A stretch of 64,000 bases of DNA from an uncultured Actinomycetota bacterium (GTDB lineage: Bacteria > Actinomycetota > Actinomycetes > JAHEKZ01): the NCBI GenBank assembly GCA_963718235.1, contig CAVQYR010000001.1, positions 960,001-1,024,000 on the forward strand, given 5' to 3'. Within the stretch, counting starts at the first letter, position 1. Each line of letters opens with the position of its first letter. Below the pieces are notes generated by a model. The model was given only the letters and a program-made list of their open reading frames with translations, made no database searches and was not told the DNA's origin. The translations under genes and the position numbers were made by a program. Shown one piece after another: positions 60,786 through 64,000 of the stretch.

Positions 60786-63200
60786 CCGCGCACGAGACCG
60801 ACCGTCGCTCGCCCGCGAAGGTCGACCTCGACCTGCTCGAGGAGATCCAACGGCGGGTGCTGTGGCTGGCCGTGCGCATGGTGGACTCCGCCAACCACGA
60901 CCGGGTCGCAGCGGATGGTGACGACGGCGTCAAGGTCGGTGGGCACCAGGCGTCGTCCGCCTCGTCGGTGAGCGTGATGACGGCGCTGTGGTTCGCCCAC
61001 CTCGATGCTCCCGACCGGGTGGCGGTGAAGCCCCACGCCTCTCCGGTCTTCCACGCCATCCAGTACCTGCTGGGCAACCTGGACCGCTCGTACCTGACCC
61101 GGCTTCGGGCGCGCGGGGGGCTGCAGTCCTACCCCTCACGCACCAAGGATCCGGACGCCGTCGACTTCTCCACCGGCTCCGTGGGGCTGGGCGCCGCCGC
61201 GCCGTTGTTCGCCGCGGTCACCCGGCGCTACGTCGACGCGCACTTCGGCGAGCGACCTGCGTCGCGTTTCGTCGCCCTGCTGGGTGATGCCGAGCTCGAC
61301 GAGGGCAACGTGTGGGAGGCGGTGTCCGACCAGAGCACCCATGGGCTCGGCAACGTGACCTGGATCGTCGACTTCAACCGGCAGTCGCTGGACCGGGTGG
61401 TCCCCGGTGTGCGGATCGAGCAGTGGCGGGCGCAGTTCGAGGCGGCCGGCTGGCACGTGGTCGACGTCAAGTACGGACGTCGGCTCACCCAGCAGTTCTC
61501 GCTGACCGGGGGCAGCGCCCTGCGCGGGTGGATCGACGCGATGCCCAACGAGCAGTACCAGTCGCTGTTCGGCCTGACCGGGCCGGCGCTGCGGGATCGC
61601 TTCCTCGACGGTGCCCCTGATGGGGTCGGCGCCGTGGTGTCCGCGCTGACCGACGACGAGCTCGGGCCGCTGGTCACCGACCTCGGCGGGCACGACCTGG
61701 GTGCCCTGCTCGACGCCTTCGCCGAGTGCGACGCGGTCACCGACCGGCCGAGCGTCGTGTTCGCGTACACCGTCAAGGGGTGGGGGCTGCCGCTCGCCGG
61801 TCACCCACGCAACCACTCCGCCCTGCTCGACGACCCAGCAGGTGGCCGACCTGCGTGCGGCCACGGGACTGGGGGTCGACGACGAGTGGGACCGGTTCGA
61901 CCCGCAGTCGGCGGCCGGGGTGTGGGCTGCCACCCGAAGGGAACGGCTCAGCCGACCCCCCGCCGACCCGGTCCTGGCCGTCCCGGTCCCCGAGGCGACC
62001 GGTGTTCGGACCGCTCGCCCTCTGTCCACCCAGGAGGCGTTCGGTCGGGTTCTCGTCGAGCTGTCCCGTCATGAACCGGTTGCCCGGCACCTCGTCACGA
62101 CTGCTCCAGACGTCGCGACGTCGACGAACCTCGCCGGCTTCATCAACCGGACAGGGGTCTTCGCCCCCGAGGACCGACGGACCTGGAACGAGGACCCGGT
62201 GCTGCGTTGGGCCGAAGGCCCCAGCGGTCAGCACATCGAGCTGGGGATCTCGGAGATGAACCTGTTCGCGCTGCTCGGTCAGCTCGGCGTTGCCTGGGAC
62301 CTGTCGGAGCAGCCGCTGCTCGCCATCGGCACCGTGTACGACCCGTTCGTCCTGCGTGGCCTCGATGCCTTCGTCCACGCGGTGTACTCCGGCGCACGCT
62401 TCGTGGTCGCGGGCACCCCGTCCGGTGTGACGCTGGCTCCGGAGGGTGGGGCGCACCAGTCGACGATCACCGCGTCGGTCGGCCTGGAGCTGCCCGGTGT
62501 GACGTTCATCGAGCCGGCCTTCGCCACCTCCCTGGACTGGCTGCTCTGCGATGCACTCGGGCGCATCGCAGCCGGACCGTCCCGCAACCCCACCGCGGCG
62601 CCGAGTGACGACGGCGCGTACTACTTCAGGCTGAGCACCCGCCCGACCGACCAAGCCCCCTTCGAGGCGGCCCGGGCGCGACTCGGCGACGCGGTGCTCC
62701 GGCGACAGGTGCTGGCCGGTGCCTACCGACTCGTCGACGCCTTCGCCGCGCACCCGGAGCTCGCCGAAGCCAGGGCCCGGGCGGAGTCGGTGCCCGTCGT
62801 GCAGCTGGTGGCGTCGGGAGCAGTGCTGCCCGAGACGCTGTCCGCCGCCGCCGAGCTGGCCGACGAGGGCATCGCGGCGCACGTCGTCGACGTCACCTCG
62901 TTGGACCGCCTCTACCGGGCGTGGCAGAGGACCTTGAGGCAAGGCGTGCGTACGGCCTCCGCACCCTCCCTCGCCGGGGCTCTGCGGGCCGTCTTCCCGG
63001 AGCCGGCTCCCGTCGTGACGGTTCACGACGCGTCGTCGCACGCGATGGCGTGGGTCGGCTCGGCCCTCGGCGTCCCGGCCGTCCCCCTCGGGGTCGACGA
63101 GTTCGGCCAGTCCGGCTCGGTCCAGGAGCTGTACGAGCTGCACGACCTGCTGCCAGGCGCGATCGTCAACGCCGCGTTGGCGGCCTTGTCGCTTCGCTGA
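60782..63200 (+). pseudogene. pyruvate dehydrogenase E1 (AceE/MdeB-like) with one frameshift near 61829
   Basis: KVGGHQASSAS, GLQSYPS, STGSVGLG, GDAELDEG..N, YTVKG; second frame HIELGISEMN, TLAPEGGAHQS, LGVDEFGQSG. Confidence 0.85.
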
Positions 63201-63224
63201 TCGGATCCGCCGTACGGTGGGGCC

Positions 63225-63860
63225 ATGGCTCGCGAGACCTCGCAGACCCTCGACCGCGGCTTGACCGTGCTCGAGCTGCTGGGCCGCCGTCCCGACGGCA
63301 TGAGCGTCAACGAGCTCGCCGGTGCGCTGAGCGTGGGGCGCACGGTCGTCTACCGGCTGGTCGCGACGTTGGAGGACCACGGGCTCGTGCGCCGCGACCC
63401 CGAGGGCAGGGTGCGGCTGTGGCTGGGGGTCGTCCCCCTCGCCCGGGCGGTCCAGCCGCTGTTGCGGGGCACCGCGCTGCCCGTGCTGCGGCGGCTGGCC
63501 GACGAGGTCGGTGCGACCGCACACCTCACCGTGGCCGACGGGGGCGAGGCCCTGGCCGTCGCTGTGGTCGAACCGGCGTGGACCGACCTGCACGTCGCCT
63601 ACCGTGAGGGCTCCCGCCACTCCTTCGACAAGGGCGCAGCCGGTCGCGCGCTGCTGCGGCTGCGTGAGGGCAGCCCCGGCCTCGTGGCCAGCGCGGGTGA
63701 GCTGCAGGCCGGAGCACACGGCATCGCGGCACCGGTCGCCGGACTGCCGGGGATCGAGGCGAGCGTGGGTGTCGTGGCGCTCGGGCCCCTCGACCCGGCG
63801 GTGGTGGGGCCGGTCGTGCTCGCCGCAGCGGCCGAGCTGGGTCGGCTCCTCAGGCCGTGA
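63225..63860 (+). CDS. IclR-family regulator
   Basis: SQTLDRGL.VLELL, RTVVYRLVATL, GAAGRALL, GIAAPV. Confidence 0.9.
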   Translation: MARETSQTLDRGLTVLELLGRRPDGMSVNELAGALSVGRTVVYRLVATLEDHGLVRRDPEGRVRLWLGVVPLARAVQPLLRGTALPVLRRLADEVGATAHLTVADGGEALAVAVVEPAWTDLHVAYREGSRHSFDKGAAGRALLRLREGSPGLVASAGELQAGAHGIAAPVAGLPGIEASVGVVALGPLDPAVVGPVVLAAAAELGRLLRP

Positions 63861-63999
63861 CGGCCGCGGCGCGGACGAGCGGCATCGTGCGGTAGCGAAC
63901 CCCGTTGGCCAGCGCGATCACCGTGCTGCACCGCAGGACCCCGGGGACGGCCAGCACGTCGTCGATGACCCGCTGCAGGTCGGTGTTGGTGTGGGCGAC
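63850..63999 (-). CDS. Lrp/AsnC family regulator, C-terminal part (runs off the window)
   Basis: hand translation VAHTNTDLQRVIDDVLAVPGVLRCSTVIAL...R.MPLV. Confidence 0.7.
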   Translation of the reverse strand, partial: VAHTNTDLQRVIDDVLAVPGVLRCSTVIALANGVRYRTMPLVRAAAVTA

Positions 64000-64000
64000 G

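Overview
High-GC actinobacterial chromosome segment. It opens with the 3' end of tmRNA (ssrA) and a short accessory tract: a class-III aminotransferase with a YheO/DauR-type regulator, a DmdA-like GcvT enzyme with an XRE regulator, a STAND-LuxR regulator with DUF4242, a GNAT, and a nucleotidyltransferase-VOC fusion. Next come a complete V/A-type ATPase operon ending in a USP gene, a full kdp locus with an extra unannotated 27-aa membrane peptide, an OmpR-type two-component pair, cspA, tag, an AmmeMemoRadiSam (amrSBA) operon coupled to a cytochrome P450, pckG, arcA, trxA/DUF302, an amino-acid ABC transporter and an mdeRAB-like methionine catabolism locus. The strongest hidden signal is three DosR/OsdR-type operator boxes at an identical distance from candidate -10 elements. 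They lie upstream of the V-ATPase-USP operon, the amrSBA-P450 operon and a membrane/F420-oxidoreductase fusion gene, which suggests these uncharacterised modules belong to a hypoxia/dormancy regulon. The V-ATPase subunit I is about 180 aa shorter than usual. Two genes (P450 and the PDH-E1-like gene) carry single frameshifts that may be sequencing errors. All family calls come from motif recognition, and consensus sites are recalled; no searches were run.
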